A program made the position numbers and the translations under genes. The notes under the pieces are model-generated. The model made no database searches and was not told where the DNA came from. It was given only the letters and a program-made list of their open reading frames with translations. Below, one piece after another: positions 29,014 to 38,503 of a DNA stretch of 64,000 nt. Position 1 is the first letter of the stretch, and the number at the start of each line of letters is the position of its first letter. The DNA comes from a virus (lineage: Duplodnaviria > Caudoviricetes). The DNA is taken from the IMG/VR virus record IMGVR_UViG_3300037067_005614, positions 111 through 64,110 of that record; one strand, written 5' to 3'.

Positions 29014-29349
29014 TTAATGCCACCATAATACTACGGGGGTAGTGGGTGGCAGGGCTTGCAGGAAGGTCAGCACTGCGAAGTTCCAACCCTTGTAGTAGGA
29101 CAAGTCAATCTTACGAAAATGACCAGCATGAGTAAAGGTTAGTGAATTTCCTTTTGAGTCAATCACCTGCTTTTTCACCCCATCGTCCTCATACCAATCA
29201 AAGTCAACCTCGTGTGGCAGAGGTAATACAGGTAACTGCTTAACCAAGTCATACAGATCATTGTCGTTATTGAATTTCAACCGATTGTAGCCAAGCCACC
29301 AGGATGTTCCATTGCCTATGATTGGACAAACAGTAAGGTCAATTCCCAC
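29014..29349 (-). CDS. Hypothetical protein
   Basis: AGGAG RBS; MGIDL...VVLWWH. Confidence 0.55.
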   Translation of the reverse strand: MGIDLTVCPIIGNGTSWWLGYNRLKFNNDNDLYDLVKQLPVLPLPHEVDFDWYEDDGVKKQVIDSKGNSLTFTHAGHFRKIDLSYYKGWNFAVLTFLQALPPTTPVVLWWH

Positions 29350-29516
29350 GGGTTATCTCCTGTGAACATGGTGTTGGGGGAGTTCGGCTGATTCACATTC
29401 TTCTTTAGCCTGTTGCCTTGCCTTTTTCTTGTTAGGAGGCTTAGTGGCTTTGCACAAATAACACTCGTCAGCGCTGTGGATTTTGTATCTGATTTTCGGC
29501 TGTTCTCCATAAGTCC

Positions 29517-29747
29517 TCATGTCTGTCTCCTACGTAAGGCGCGACGTTCGGTAACCAAATCCTTGAGGGACTTTTTACGTGGTCGAACGAAGCGGGGGTG
29601 AAAGATGTTGTCTCGGTCATAGCTGTAACTTGGTATAGGCTCAAACCCACACTTGATGCAGGTAGTTCGCTTACCTAAGTCTTCCTGTTTGGTATGACAC
29701 ATCAAGCATGTAACAATTGGGTTCTCTTTGATTACAGGCATGGCCAA
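29517..29747 (-). CDS. Small zinc-ribbon protein
   Basis: CLMC...CIKC. Confidence 0.45.
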   Translation of the reverse strand: MAMPVIKENPIVTCLMCHTKQEDLGKRTTCIKCGFEPIPSYSYDRDNIFHPRFVRPRKKSLKDLVTERRALRRRQT

Positions 29748-29801
29748 CCTTTCTAGTTTGAGAGTTACGAGACGTAGATTAGATTACTTCGCTCTAGCAA
29801 T

Positions 29802-30350
29802 TCAATCGACGTGCGTCCATCTTCTCTTATAGGCTATTGTTCTTATCCAGCTTTGTCTGACACCAAATTCTAAGGCTAATGCATAGCTGCTGTTTGGACC
29901 CCTGCGATTACCTTTTATATACCTTCTGCGTATCTCTAATACATCATTCTCTGTTAGTTTTGCCATAGGGTTCTTAGACCCATCTTTGGCTGTAGATAGC
30001 ATACCCTTTAAGGAGGCATCATGTAGGTTTTCTTGGTGGGTGCCAAGAAATAGATGAGCAGGATTAACACAGGATGGATTATCCCCACCAGGACAATTAT
30101 GACACACAAGTTTCCCTTTTGGGATCTTGCCGAAGTGAATCTCCCAAGAAAGCTTATGGGCTGGGTAGTTTCTGCCATTCAGCCATATCAACCCATAACT
30201 ACCTCCTCCAAGAGCCCCAGTCCAAATCCAACAGGATTTTGTTTTATGGACTTTCTCCCAGAATCTAACTAAAACTGGGCGGTGATTGGTTCGATAAACA
30301 CCATGTTCTGATGGAATACTAGTAGCAATTGGCCTAGTCGTAATTGACAT
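29802..30350 (-). CDS. HNH homing endonuclease
   Basis: RFWEKV...CWIWTG...YG...AHK.SW...VCH.C...DNPSCVNPAHLFLGT..EN; C-terminal AKLTE..V.EIR HTH. Confidence 0.9.
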   Translation of the reverse strand: MSITTRPIATSIPSEHGVYRTNHRPVLVRFWEKVHKTKSCWIWTGALGGGSYGLIWLNGRNYPAHKLSWEIHFGKIPKGKLVCHNCPGGDNPSCVNPAHLFLGTHQENLHDASLKGMLSTAKDGSKNPMAKLTENDVLEIRRRYIKGNRRGPNSSYALALEFGVRQSWIRTIAYKRRWTHVD

Positions 30351-30354
30351 AGAT

Positions 30355-30449
30355 GCTGTCCTCTAACAGCCCCCATAATAAAAATGGCGGCAGACTGGTG
30401 AGGTGCCAGCTTTTCGGAAGCTAACCTAGCCGCCATTCCTATTATACCT
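30355..30449 (-). promoter_or_regulatory. AGGTATAAT promoter and structured leader RNA of the HNH gene
   Basis: -10 at 30441-30446; AATGGCGGC/GCCGCCATT closing stem; GCTGT-TAGAGG-ACAGC hairpin around the RBS. Confidence 0.6.
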
Positions 30450-32575
30450 TAGCCGGTAACCCAGATTAGTTCCTCGATTGCTCTGGTAATTCCGACGTAG
30501 TAGAGGTGTTCTTCTTCGGCTCTCTGCCAAGCAGTTTTTGCCATGGGGTGTGGGCAAGGGGCTTCCTTGGTGCAAATAAAGAAAACCCGCTTTGCCTCTA
30601 ACCCTTTAGCGCGGTGTATTGAGCTAAGCCTAATGCCCTGGCTTTGGCTATCGTCGGTGAAGAGAGATTCAATCTTGGTCACAACCTGGGCTGCTGTTTG
30701 CTGCCCATCGGTGAAGGCCAGGATACAGTCGTGCCTATCTTGTAGACCGATGATCTTTGCCTCATCGGGGTTGCGCTTGGCGTTCTCTCGCTTGGTTTCC
30801 TCGTGCAACCAAGTGTCTACCCCAGCAATCAGTTGTACTGCGCTGTAACAGGCTAGGCTGTCGCCTTCCTTAATTCCGAAGATCTTCTTGATAGTCTTGA
30901 TTAGCCCAGCACCAACATCTATCCCTTGGATGTTTGCCTTCCGGCCTTGCCTAATGAATCTGAAGCACTCACCGACTAGTGGCGCATTGCATCGGCAGAG
31001 CACCATGTCACCAGGTAATACCAAGTCATGATAGCTGCACACGGGAGCCCCAGAAGACCAATGCGCACCAGGATATAGGCTATCGCACTTAAATGTGGCG
31101 TGACCTACTTTTCCTTCGGGGTTGGTCTCGAATGCCTCGAAGTCAGGCACATACTTCTGGGCTTCACGGACGATTGCCTTGCCACAACGGCGGGTAACGG
31201 TGAGAGGTAGGTGCAAGCAACCGCGTTCGGTTTGCTTGAGTTCAGCTTCCAGTCGTGACATGCTTTGTGAATCTGCCCCTGCCCAGCCATAGATCGCCTG
31301 AAGAGGATCACCGCAGTAAATCAACCGTTTGCCAGCCATCTTCGTTAACATCTGCTGAGCCTTGTTCAAATCTTGACTCTCGTCGATTAAGAGCAGATCG
31401 TATTTGAAGACGGGTAGATTTAGTGTAACAGGTAAGTAGATCATGTCGTTGAAGTCAATGCAGTTGTCCTTAGCGACATCCTTGCATCGCTCCAATACGC
31501 GGGGCACTAAGGCAAACGCCTCCTCTGATTGGCCATTGACGTCGATGTCGTAGTAAGAGGCTATGTTCTGTAGTGTACCCACCCAATCAAGCTCACCTGC
31601 GGGGTAAGATTCGCAATGCCCATCCATCTCAACCATGTTCATTTTGCACAAACCGACCAATTCCTCGGTAGCCTTGAGCAGTGTGGGTTTCTTTGCACGC
31701 AAGACACGAATGTCCTCTTCAAGCAACTCACAGATGATGTCCTGTACGCGGTAGGAGTTTGGGGCCCCAAGGTTGGGAAAGGCATTACGGATTGCGCGAT
31801 AGCCCAAACCGTGCATCGTCATGGCATCACAACCAAGCGGCACTCGATTCTTCAGCTCAGCGGCAATCGACTTGTTGAATGCCGCAAAGCAAACTGTCTT
31901 GGCTCCTTTAGATAACTCCATGGATTCCCAAATGGCTGCCTGTTGGGGACTAGGAATCAAATCGCTGGGTAATCCCTTGATTCGCTTAAGACCTTCAATC
32001 AAAGTCGTCGTCTTTCCAGTACCTGCACGCGCCTCGATGATCAAGTGTGGGGCATTATCTTCGTGTTGAACTGACTTGGATTTCAACTTGTTGGCTAACG
32101 ATGTTGAGGCTAAAGCAAACCCCTTAGTGATCGACTCAGTGGCTTCTGTAATTACCTTGCTTAGCTTTTTGGTTTGGTTGATTTGAACCTCAACAACTGG
32201 CTTGCTTGGTTTTCGATTGTTTTCCAGAATCTGCTGGGTTACCTTCTGGGCGTTGCTGAGGGGTTTGGTTGATTTCAAACTCATACTTGCCGTTTGTTTT
32301 TCGATATCGTCCAGTAAATCCAAAGCTTCTTGCTTCGACACAGGCACGACAGTTACACTTGGTTCTGCCGAATTTGACTGTGTGTCTGAAGAACGTCGGC
32401 TCAAACCAGTTGTAACCGATGTACAGTGAATAGGGCGCGTGGGCTGCTTGGCTGCCCCTTTCTTGGTTGCCTTCTTTACTGGAGTCTTCGTGTTTTTCTT
32501 GGTGGCCTTTGGCTTACGGGCCGTCTTGCGAGCTACCTTGGCGGGAGTCTTGGGCTTGGGAGTCTTACGGGTCAT
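30449..32575 (-). CDS. UvrD/Rep-like SF1 helicase with Lys-rich N-terminal extension
   Basis: ARAGTGKTT, AFNK, IDESQD, GDPLQAIYGW, LTVTRRC, SIHRAKGLE, YVGITRA. Confidence 0.9.
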   Translation of the reverse strand: MTRKTPKPKTPAKVARKTARKPKATKKNTKTPVKKATKKGAAKQPTRPIHCTSVTTGLSRRSSDTQSNSAEPSVTVVPVSKQEALDLLDDIEKQTASMSLKSTKPLSNAQKVTQQILENNRKPSKPVVEVQINQTKKLSKVITEATESITKGFALASTSLANKLKSKSVQHEDNAPHLIIEARAGTGKTTTLIEGLKRIKGLPSDLIPSPQQAAIWESMELSKGAKTVCFAAFNKSIAAELKNRVPLGCDAMTMHGLGYRAIRNAFPNLGAPNSYRVQDIICELLEEDIRVLRAKKPTLLKATEELVGLCKMNMVEMDGHCESYPAGELDWVGTLQNIASYYDIDVNGQSEEAFALVPRVLERCKDVAKDNCIDFNDMIYLPVTLNLPVFKYDLLLIDESQDLNKAQQMLTKMAGKRLIYCGDPLQAIYGWAGADSQSMSRLEAELKQTERGCLHLPLTVTRRCGKAIVREAQKYVPDFEAFETNPEGKVGHATFKCDSLYPGAHWSSGAPVCSYHDLVLPGDMVLCRCNAPLVGECFRFIRQGRKANIQGIDVGAGLIKTIKKIFGIKEGDSLACYSAVQLIAGVDTWLHEETKRENAKRNPDEAKIIGLQDRHDCILAFTDGQQTAAQVVTKIESLFTDDSQSQGIRLSSIHRAKGLEAKRVFFICTKEAPCPHPMAKTAWQRAEEEHLYYVGITRAIEELIWVTG

Positions 32576-32858
32576 GCTTAGTTCCTTAGTATGGTTACAG
32601 CTAATTACCAGTTGGTTTCGCCTTTGCCGGCGCAAACTGTGCACGTTGAATACACTAGAGGATCATCTGGTCCGGTCATCATGCCTGAGTTAACCCCATG
32701 GGCTTGCTGTCCAGAGCCTCTGCAAGTAGGGCAGATGTTCTTGTGATTTTGGCAGTAAGGAAACCCTTCCATAGCTTTCCCCAGACAACGCCCTGCATAC
32801 AAGTACACGAACGCACACTGACGACTTATACTTCCTTCACACATGGATACACCTCTTG

Positions 32859-33113
32859 TCACTCTTGATCGTTTTGTTCTTCTCTAAGGCGAGCCTCAGC
32901 TTCAGGCTCAGCCTTGAGAGTGGAATATCCCCACTCAGAGATTGATATACTTGGGGTGTTTTGTGCACCCAGAACAAAACTAATGGAGCCAGCGTCAGGG
33001 ATAGAGATCTTTTCATCTAATTTCAACTTTCCTTGACCAATTTCCTGATGGTTCATACCATACAGGATGTATCTGAGAGGTTTGCTGCCTTCATTAAGGG
33101 TTTTGTCAGCCAT
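32859..33113 (-). CDS. Hypothetical protein
   Basis: GGGAG RBS, 84 aa. Confidence 0.45.
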   Translation of the reverse strand: MADKTLNEGSKPLRYILYGMNHQEIGQGKLKLDEKISIPDAGSISFVLGAQNTPSISISEWGYSTLKAEPEAEARLREEQNDQE

Positions 33114-33189
33114 AGTCTCTCCCTTATGATTCGATTTTGATTCTGATAGATGGTCTCACACCATTGACACTAAAAGTGCAAACTTTGCC

Positions 33190-33396
33190 TCACTTAGATG
33201 ATTGGCTGCAATCGAATAGGGGTAGGGCAAATTGGCAGTAATCACGATGATTGTCGCCATCCTTGTTGATAGCCCCAACTGCAAATAGAGCTTCTTCATA
33301 GGTGTCAAAATCTACAACAAGGGTATGACAACTGCGACCGCCTTCGTTGCTCAAGGTGCTCTTCGTTGTTGTTACTAGGATTTTCCAAGTCTTCAT
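33190..33396 (-). CDS. Hypothetical protein
   Basis: AAGGA RBS, 68 aa. Confidence 0.45.
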   Translation of the reverse strand: MKTWKILVTTTKSTLSNEGGRSCHTLVVDFDTYEEALFAVGAINKDGDNHRDYCQFALPLFDCSQSSK

Positions 33397-33407
33397 GTTT
33401 TATTCCT

Positions 33408-33836
33408 TTATGTTGTGGGCCAGTAATAAGGTAATCGTCCGTTCTCGTCTGGTACAGCAGATTTCTCAGACCATCCAAATTTGCTGTACCAATCATAGTT
33501 CTTGTAGAGCAGAGCTGCTCGATGGCTGCTATGCAATCGGTCATCGCCAAGCCAGGGAGGCAACACTAGATTGGTTGAGATGAGCTTTTCTACAACTAAG
33601 ACTGCCCAATCTCGCTGTCTGTAGTCGTAACCCCTGTCTAGCAATTCGAAAATCCCAAACTTCATGTATCTAGCCAGGGCCCCTTCGTAGCCTCGCCACA
33701 TCCTGGAAGCTGGGTGATTAGGCCAGCCACCACGAATCAGCGTGAGGCACTCTCGATAGACTTGGTTACCTAATCGCTTAGGGTCTAGGCGCCTAACGCT
33801 CTTTTCCAAGTCTGGGTATGGAAGGAAGACCTGCAT
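33408..33836 (-). CDS. MSMEG_6728 / pyrimidine-dimer glycosylase (DenV-like) family protein
   Basis: MQVFLPYPD...LD.KRLG.Q..E...GW.NHPA..MWRGYE.AL...PPWLG...H.SH...L...Y.WP. Confidence 0.8.
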   Translation of the reverse strand: MQVFLPYPDLEKSVRRLDPKRLGNQVYRECLTLIRGGWPNHPASRMWRGYEGALARYMKFGIFELLDRGYDYRQRDWAVLVVEKLISTNLVLPPWLGDDRLHSSHRAALLYKNYDWYSKFGWSEKSAVPDENGRLPYYWPTT

Positions 33837-33881
33837 CGTGTCCTCAACTGTTTGGTTACCTGCCGTAGTAGTTTAGTATAC

Positions 33882-34085
33882 CTATTTAGCTGGCAGTACG
33901 TGGCCCCGACCGTCGCGGGGAGAAGCCACGTATTGACTAAGTTGCTGGGGCGTTACGTCGTAGACAAAACCAGATCCCCAGCCTGGGGTTTCTATGCGAT
34001 TGGCTTGCATGTAGCCCTTGCGTATCAGCCATCGCACTTGCTGGGGGCTGATGCCCAGTTGCTTTGATGTTTGTTTGGGAGTCAC
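33882..34085 (-). CDS. Excisionase-like HTH DNA-binding protein
   Basis: TPKQ.S..LGIS...VR.LIR.G pattern. Confidence 0.6.
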   Translation of the reverse strand: MTPKQTSKQLGISPQQVRWLIRKGYMQANRIETPGWGSGFVYDVTPQQLSQYVASPRDGRGHVLPAK

Positions 34086-34471
34086 GGAAGTTCCTTCGTC
34101 TGTATGCTGGTGAATGTAACTACATGGCAGCCGTTGTACCAAGCGCGTTCAAGTGCATCACGCCTGGCGGCTAACTCACTGTTGGCAGTGCAGTGATGTT
34201 TGACTTCAACGCCACCGCGGTACTCGCCTTCGTTAGCCACGACCAACTTCATTCGGTATTGTCTGGCAGTAGCTTTGCATTTCGTTGGTATAGGCGTGTT
34301 GGTCCGTTGGATTGCCTCCACCCAACCGCCACTGTCTACGATCCGTCGTATGACAACGTTTTTCGCCTCTTCCTCTGAATCAGCAATAGCCCATTCATAC
34401 GCCGTTCCCTTGCTGATACTCCCATCAGGTAGGTTGCTACGGATTACCACGTAGAAATCATATCGAGACAT
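34082..34471 (-). CDS. Hypothetical protein
   Basis: GGGGG RBS; GTGA overlap with the next gene. Confidence 0.5.
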   Translation of the reverse strand: MSRYDFYVVIRSNLPDGSISKGTAYEWAIADSEEEAKNVVIRRIVDSGGWVEAIQRTNTPIPTKCKATARQYRMKLVVANEGEYRGGVEVKHHCTANSELAARRDALERAWYNGCHVVTFTSIQTKELP

Positions 34472-35146
34472 TGTGAATCCCCCTTGATTCGTGTCTACTT
34501 ATCACAAAGAGACTTGATAGCGGCATACTCTTCGCAATCTGACCACTCGGCGCTTATGTGGGTTGTCAATGGTACTGCGCCCCGCATTCGGGGCAGGGAA
34601 TCGTCAGTCCGAGGTTGCGGTGCCATGGGTGGTCGCAAAACGGTTGGCTAGCTAGTTCACGTTGCAGATACGGAACGGGATCGGCCATCGGGTAATCCGA
34701 AACGATTGGTCCTTCGTCCGGCACTTCAAGCGGAATGAGATTCCCGTTGACTACCACGAGAACTGGGCGCTCTCGCAGGATGCGGCATCGCTCGCTGTTC
34801 TTGACGGTCTCCTGGTCCTAAAAATGCCAAGCGACCCAACCGTGAGGCAGGCCATTGGCGGTCAATTCCTAGAATTCATCTCCATCGAATTGCTTGGTAA
34901 ACCTGCAAAGTTGACCAAGCAGACGCACGCCGAAGTAATGCTTTGTCATTTCTAATTCTCCAAATTGTCCCCGTGCCGCACGTTCTGGATGCGAAAACGC
35001 TTGTTGAAAGTTGGGGCGAGTCTGGGTCTTGCTTTGTACCATTAGCCACTTTCCAGCCTACTCGCCCCATGTTCGTTCTGCTGGACCATTTTGTTGACGT
35101 TACCGAAATGGTCGCCCGTGTCCGCACGTTCTGGGTGCGGTGGGGG

Positions 35147-35500
35147 TCAGGCGTTGTCATCCACGGCCGCCGCAAGAATCTCTTCACGCCGCGCCACCAT
35201 GGCGTCCGCGATTCGCTCGACAATTGCCTCTATGCCGTCCTGGAGCACTTTCGGTGCGTCCTTTTTGCCGACCCACTCCCAATCCGTGTAGCCCTGGTCA
35301 TCCTCGCCCAACGCCTCGGGCTCCCGGTGATAGAGTTCGGCCGCAACCATTCCCGCGCCGTACGTGGCTCCAGCGCAGGTCCCGCCATTCCAGTCGCGGA
35401 AATTGCTGTTCACGTCAGCGGCTTCGCGGTGCGGAGCCCAGTCGGTCACTACTTTTTGTCCCGCGTCCACCACGTCGACAGCCGCCTCTTCGGCAGTCAA
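35147..35500 (-). CDS. Hypothetical acidic protein
   Basis: 117-aa ORF in the GC-richer segment. Confidence 0.45.
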   Translation of the reverse strand: MTAEEAAVDVVDAGQKVVTDWAPHREAADVNSNFRDWNGGTCAGATYGAGMVAAELYHREPEALGEDDQGYTDWEWVGKKDAPKVLQDGIEAIVERIADAMVARREEILAAAVDDNA

Positions 35501-35566
35501 TCCGCCCGTGTTGTCGTCGTGCAGGCCGAGATGCTCGGCATTGCCGCAGAGTGTGATGCTCGCCGC

Positions 35567-35749
35567 CTAACTAAACTGCCTGCTGACCCAATCGTTCCAT
35601 CCTCGCGTCCACGCCTTACCCCGTACTGTGCGCGCACCGTACGGATTACGGCATTTAGACGGATCGCCGTCATGTTGTCTTGCCGCCTCCTCTCCATCCC
35701 TGTATGCGCGGTTGGTTTCTTCTGGTTGAATCGTCCTGAACGCCATCAT
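35567..35749 (-). CDS. Rmf/CrpP-fold-like small protein
   Basis: AYRDG..A.......CRNPY.......AWTRGW motif; AGGAG RBS. Confidence 0.6.
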   Translation of the reverse strand: MMAFRTIQPEETNRAYRDGEEAARQHDGDPSKCRNPYGARTVRGKAWTRGWNDWVSRQFS

Positions 35750-36308
35750 TGCGTCTCCTGCAAAAGAATTGGTTTGTTCCAAAGGCTGGCCCGCCGCCAG
35801 ACGGCCACACGTGGTTAGGCTCGGACTACGCTCTCGCGCCGTTCCCTCGCCCCGCCGGTACGCGGTCTCCGTCCCCTTTGCGCCAAGGTGGGACGGCGGG
35901 CCAGGAGAGTGTCGGTTACTCCGCGTCGGTCGGGATTCCGGCCGCGCCAAGTTCGTACTGCCGCCGAGACTCGGCGGCGAGCGATTGCCAGTCCTCCCAA
36001 GATCCAGTGAATCCCTGGTTGTCGCGGGCCCAGGCGAAAACCTCACGTTCGCTGCATTTGATGGTGTATCCCGCTGCCATCCAACAAGAAAACCTGGCCG
36101 TCTTCTTCAATTCCGACAGAGGAAAACGTGTCCGGCAAACTTACTGCCGTCCCTGTTGCTCGCAAATCAAATCCCACATCGAGGGACGACAGCCGCACCT
36201 CTCCCACAGGTGCAGCGAATCCACATGGCATGGTTTCCCAAAAAGCCCCGTTGGACCGCTCGGGAAACATGCGCCGCCACGGGGTCACAGCGGCGCAATA
36301 GCGCTCGG

Positions 36309-36653
36309 CTACTCCGCGACCGAGTCCTCGACTTCTGCGACGGCCTCCTTTAGTTTGCGGCGCAGTGTCTCGGCCTCATCGCGTGAGAGCCCCGGCAGGC
36401 TGTGGCTGTATCTGTAGCCGGCGTGAAATTCGTCCTTTCTCCCGCTGACGATGGCCATCTCAATCATGCGATCAATGGCCTCGTCAGGTGTGTCGCCACG
36501 CCCGCACACCTCATGGTGTGCGTGTTCGCTGCAGGCGGCCTGTTCGCTGTGCCACTCGTACCCATGGGCTCGATACTGCGATCCCTTGCGGCCCACGTCG
36601 TAGCTGCCTACGTGAGCAATTTGCATGTACCCCAGTTCCTGATTCGTTTTCAT
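36309..36653 (-). CDS. Hypothetical protein
   Basis: GAGGA RBS, 114 aa. Confidence 0.5.
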   Translation of the reverse strand: MKTNQELGYMQIAHVGSYDVGRKGSQYRAHGYEWHSEQAACSEHAHHEVCGRGDTPDEAIDRMIEMAIVSGRKDEFHAGYRYSHSLPGLSRDEAETLRRKLKEAVAEVEDSVAE

Positions 36654-36778
36654 GGCTCAAGTCCTCAACCGGATTTCTGCCGGTCCAGGACACTGTAGAT
36701 CGGGCAGCGTCTCCCGTGCGGACGGTCCGCTCCGTCGGGCTCCGCAGAGCCCTTGGGGCCGGGCCGGCGGTTAGGCTG

Positions 36779-36988
36779 TCAGCACGTTCGCAGGTCTATT
36801 TGTTCCGCCACATAGGCTTTGGGAAAGCAATCGTGGACTTGGGCTTCCTTCATGATGCAATCTGCTTGCTTCTTGGTGGCAAAACGATTGTGCGGAACCA
36901 ACGATCTCAACAGCTCCAAATTCGCGCGATGGTCCGCAATGCTCATGTCCTTCGGCTTCGGTCCCAGCGTGATAACAAATCGCGACAT
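36779..36988 (-). CDS. Hypothetical protein
   Basis: GAGGAG RBS, 69 aa. Confidence 0.5.
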   Translation of the reverse strand: MSRFVITLGPKPKDMSIADHRANLELLRSLVPHNRFATKKQADCIMKEAQVHDCFPKAYVAEQIDLRTC

Positions 36989-37060
36989 GATTCTCTCCTC
37001 GGGTTAGGGTAACGTCACATCCCGTTCCCCTGGGGTGAGCCAGGGGTGAGGGGCAGGGCG

Positions 37061-37435
37061 TCAGGCGCCGACGCGACAGACATAAAAATCAGGCTCTGAT
37101 GTAGCAAACTGCTGCATAATCTGAAATGCAGATTCAGCCATAACCGCACGACGATTGGATTTACCACGCATGGTGATGCCCAAGCGATACCACCTGTAGC
37201 CTTGGATGCCTGTAATTGGTGTGATAGCCAGACCAGCAGCCTTAGCAGCAGCGAGGATAACTGAGGCTGGGCAGTGCTCCACTCGGAAGACTGGGACATA
37301 GACATGCTTGACAGGCTTGTCTGCTTTTTCGCCAGGGTCACTACAGACAGCGGAGTCATCTGCCTCACGAAACATGTCAGCCAGCCTAGTGACTAACGGT
37401 GAGTTACGGGATGTCTTGGGGGATTGCTTTGTCAT
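37061..37435 (-). CDS. Hypothetical protein
   Basis: AAGGAG RBS, 124 aa. Confidence 0.5.
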   Translation of the reverse strand: MTKQSPKTSRNSPLVTRLADMFREADDSAVCSDPGEKADKPVKHVYVPVFRVEHCPASVILAAAKAAGLAITPITGIQGYRWYRLGITMRGKSNRRAVMAESAFQIMQQFATSEPDFYVCRVGA

Positions 37436-37502
37436 GACTGACTCCTTGCTTAAGGGTTGGGGATTAGCGTTGGAAGTTAGAAAATCTTAGGGTAGTCTGC
37501 TG

Positions 37503-37700
37503 TTACTGATCACAAAATGAGTGGATACCCTCATTAGTTGCAACTACCGCAAGCAGGGCGAGCAATTTACTGTCTGATACAGTCCCCCACTGCACCGAGT
37601 AGTAAGTGGCAAATACTTCCCCGACTCGGTTAGCCTGGCTGTTAGACAGGTCGTGAGCCTTAGCGAATTTCGGTAGTAGAGATTCGATTCTTGGATGCAT
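37503..37700 (-). CDS. Hypothetical protein
   Basis: 65-aa ORF directly downstream of the hammerhead. Confidence 0.45.
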   Translation of the reverse strand: MHPRIESLLPKFAKAHDLSNSQANRVGEVFATYYSVQWGTVSDSKLLALLAVVATNEGIHSFCDQ

Positions 37701-37730
37701 GTCTAATCTCTCATTGCTTGGGGTTAGGTT

Positions 37731-37796
37731 CGGCTTGACTCATCAGCATTACGGTAGCCATCCGTAGTGGACCCAGCAAGGTCGCTGGGTTTCGTC
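37731..37796 (-). ncRNA. Type II hammerhead ribozyme
   Basis: Minus strand: GAC-GAAAC-CCAGC(GACCUU)GCUGG-GUC^-CACUACGG(AUGGCUA)CCGUAAUG-CUGAUGA-GUC-AAGCCG. Complete catalytic core and three stems. Confidence 0.9.
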
Positions 37797-38474
37797 TTGT
37801 GTCTATCGGGGATAAGAAATTTGGGCCTTGATTCTCGCTTTCTCTTTACGCCATGCTAGCTGGTAGACCCGACCTTGCATTTCTTTCTGATGGATATCTT
37901 CGGCGATGCTAGTTAACTGGGCCAGAATTTCTGCCACAGACCAAGTGGGGAAGCCTGCCCACGATTGCTGATGATACTTATCTTGCAGTAGGTTAGCGGC
38001 TTCAGCGACAATCCGCTTGGACCATCCAGTATTGCGACGCAATTCAGACATCGCCCCCAACAACTTCTGTCCGCCTTAGTAACTACCAAATTCCGGTTGC
38101 GTTTTGCTAGACATAGCTTAATTCCTCATGCTTGGGACTGAGAAAGGAAACTAAGGGCCCCTTACCAGAGTTGCACTGGTGCGCTGTTAGGGGCTCGGCA
38201 TTTGTTGTGGTGTTGCCATCACCAATTATGTTGGGTGCCTACTAGATTCTTCGGGCGTCCCGCCAACTGCTTTTCGCTGCGCCACATCCCACCGGGCGTT
38301 GTACCGGTCACCGCTTGGGTTGAGGGCCGTTGGTCTGGCCCTCGTAAGCGGGTGGGTATTTACGGCTGCCAGCCATCCTGTGATCTAGCCTTGCATCGCA
38401 CTGCCATTTGCCGGGCATTTGGTAGGCGGGGCAAGGGGTTTCCCCAGGCTTGGCCACGCGGCAACCGTTCGACT

Positions 38475-38486
38475 TGTCAAAGAGCA
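38475..38486 (-). promoter_or_regulatory. boxA-like antitermination element
   Basis: TGCTCTTTGACA vs rrn boxA TGCTCTTTAACA, just downstream of the promoter. Confidence 0.6.
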
Positions 38487-38503
38487 TTGCTTTACTACCC
38501 TCT

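Noticed and set aside
35867-35879. 13-nt inverted match to window bases 1-13 (AAAGGGGACGGAG)
   Set aside because: Matches of this length are expected by chance in 64 kb, and base 1 lies mid-gene.
34943-37012. Long + strand ORFs (34943..35818, 35749..36417, 35769..36353, 36488..37012)
   Set aside because: They lie antisense to RBS-bearing minus-strand genes in GC-rich DNA where stops are rare.
38155-38196. Twister ribozyme
   Set aside because: It has stem-UAA but lacks the P2/P4 pseudoknot complementarities; a T-arm-like hairpin explains it better.
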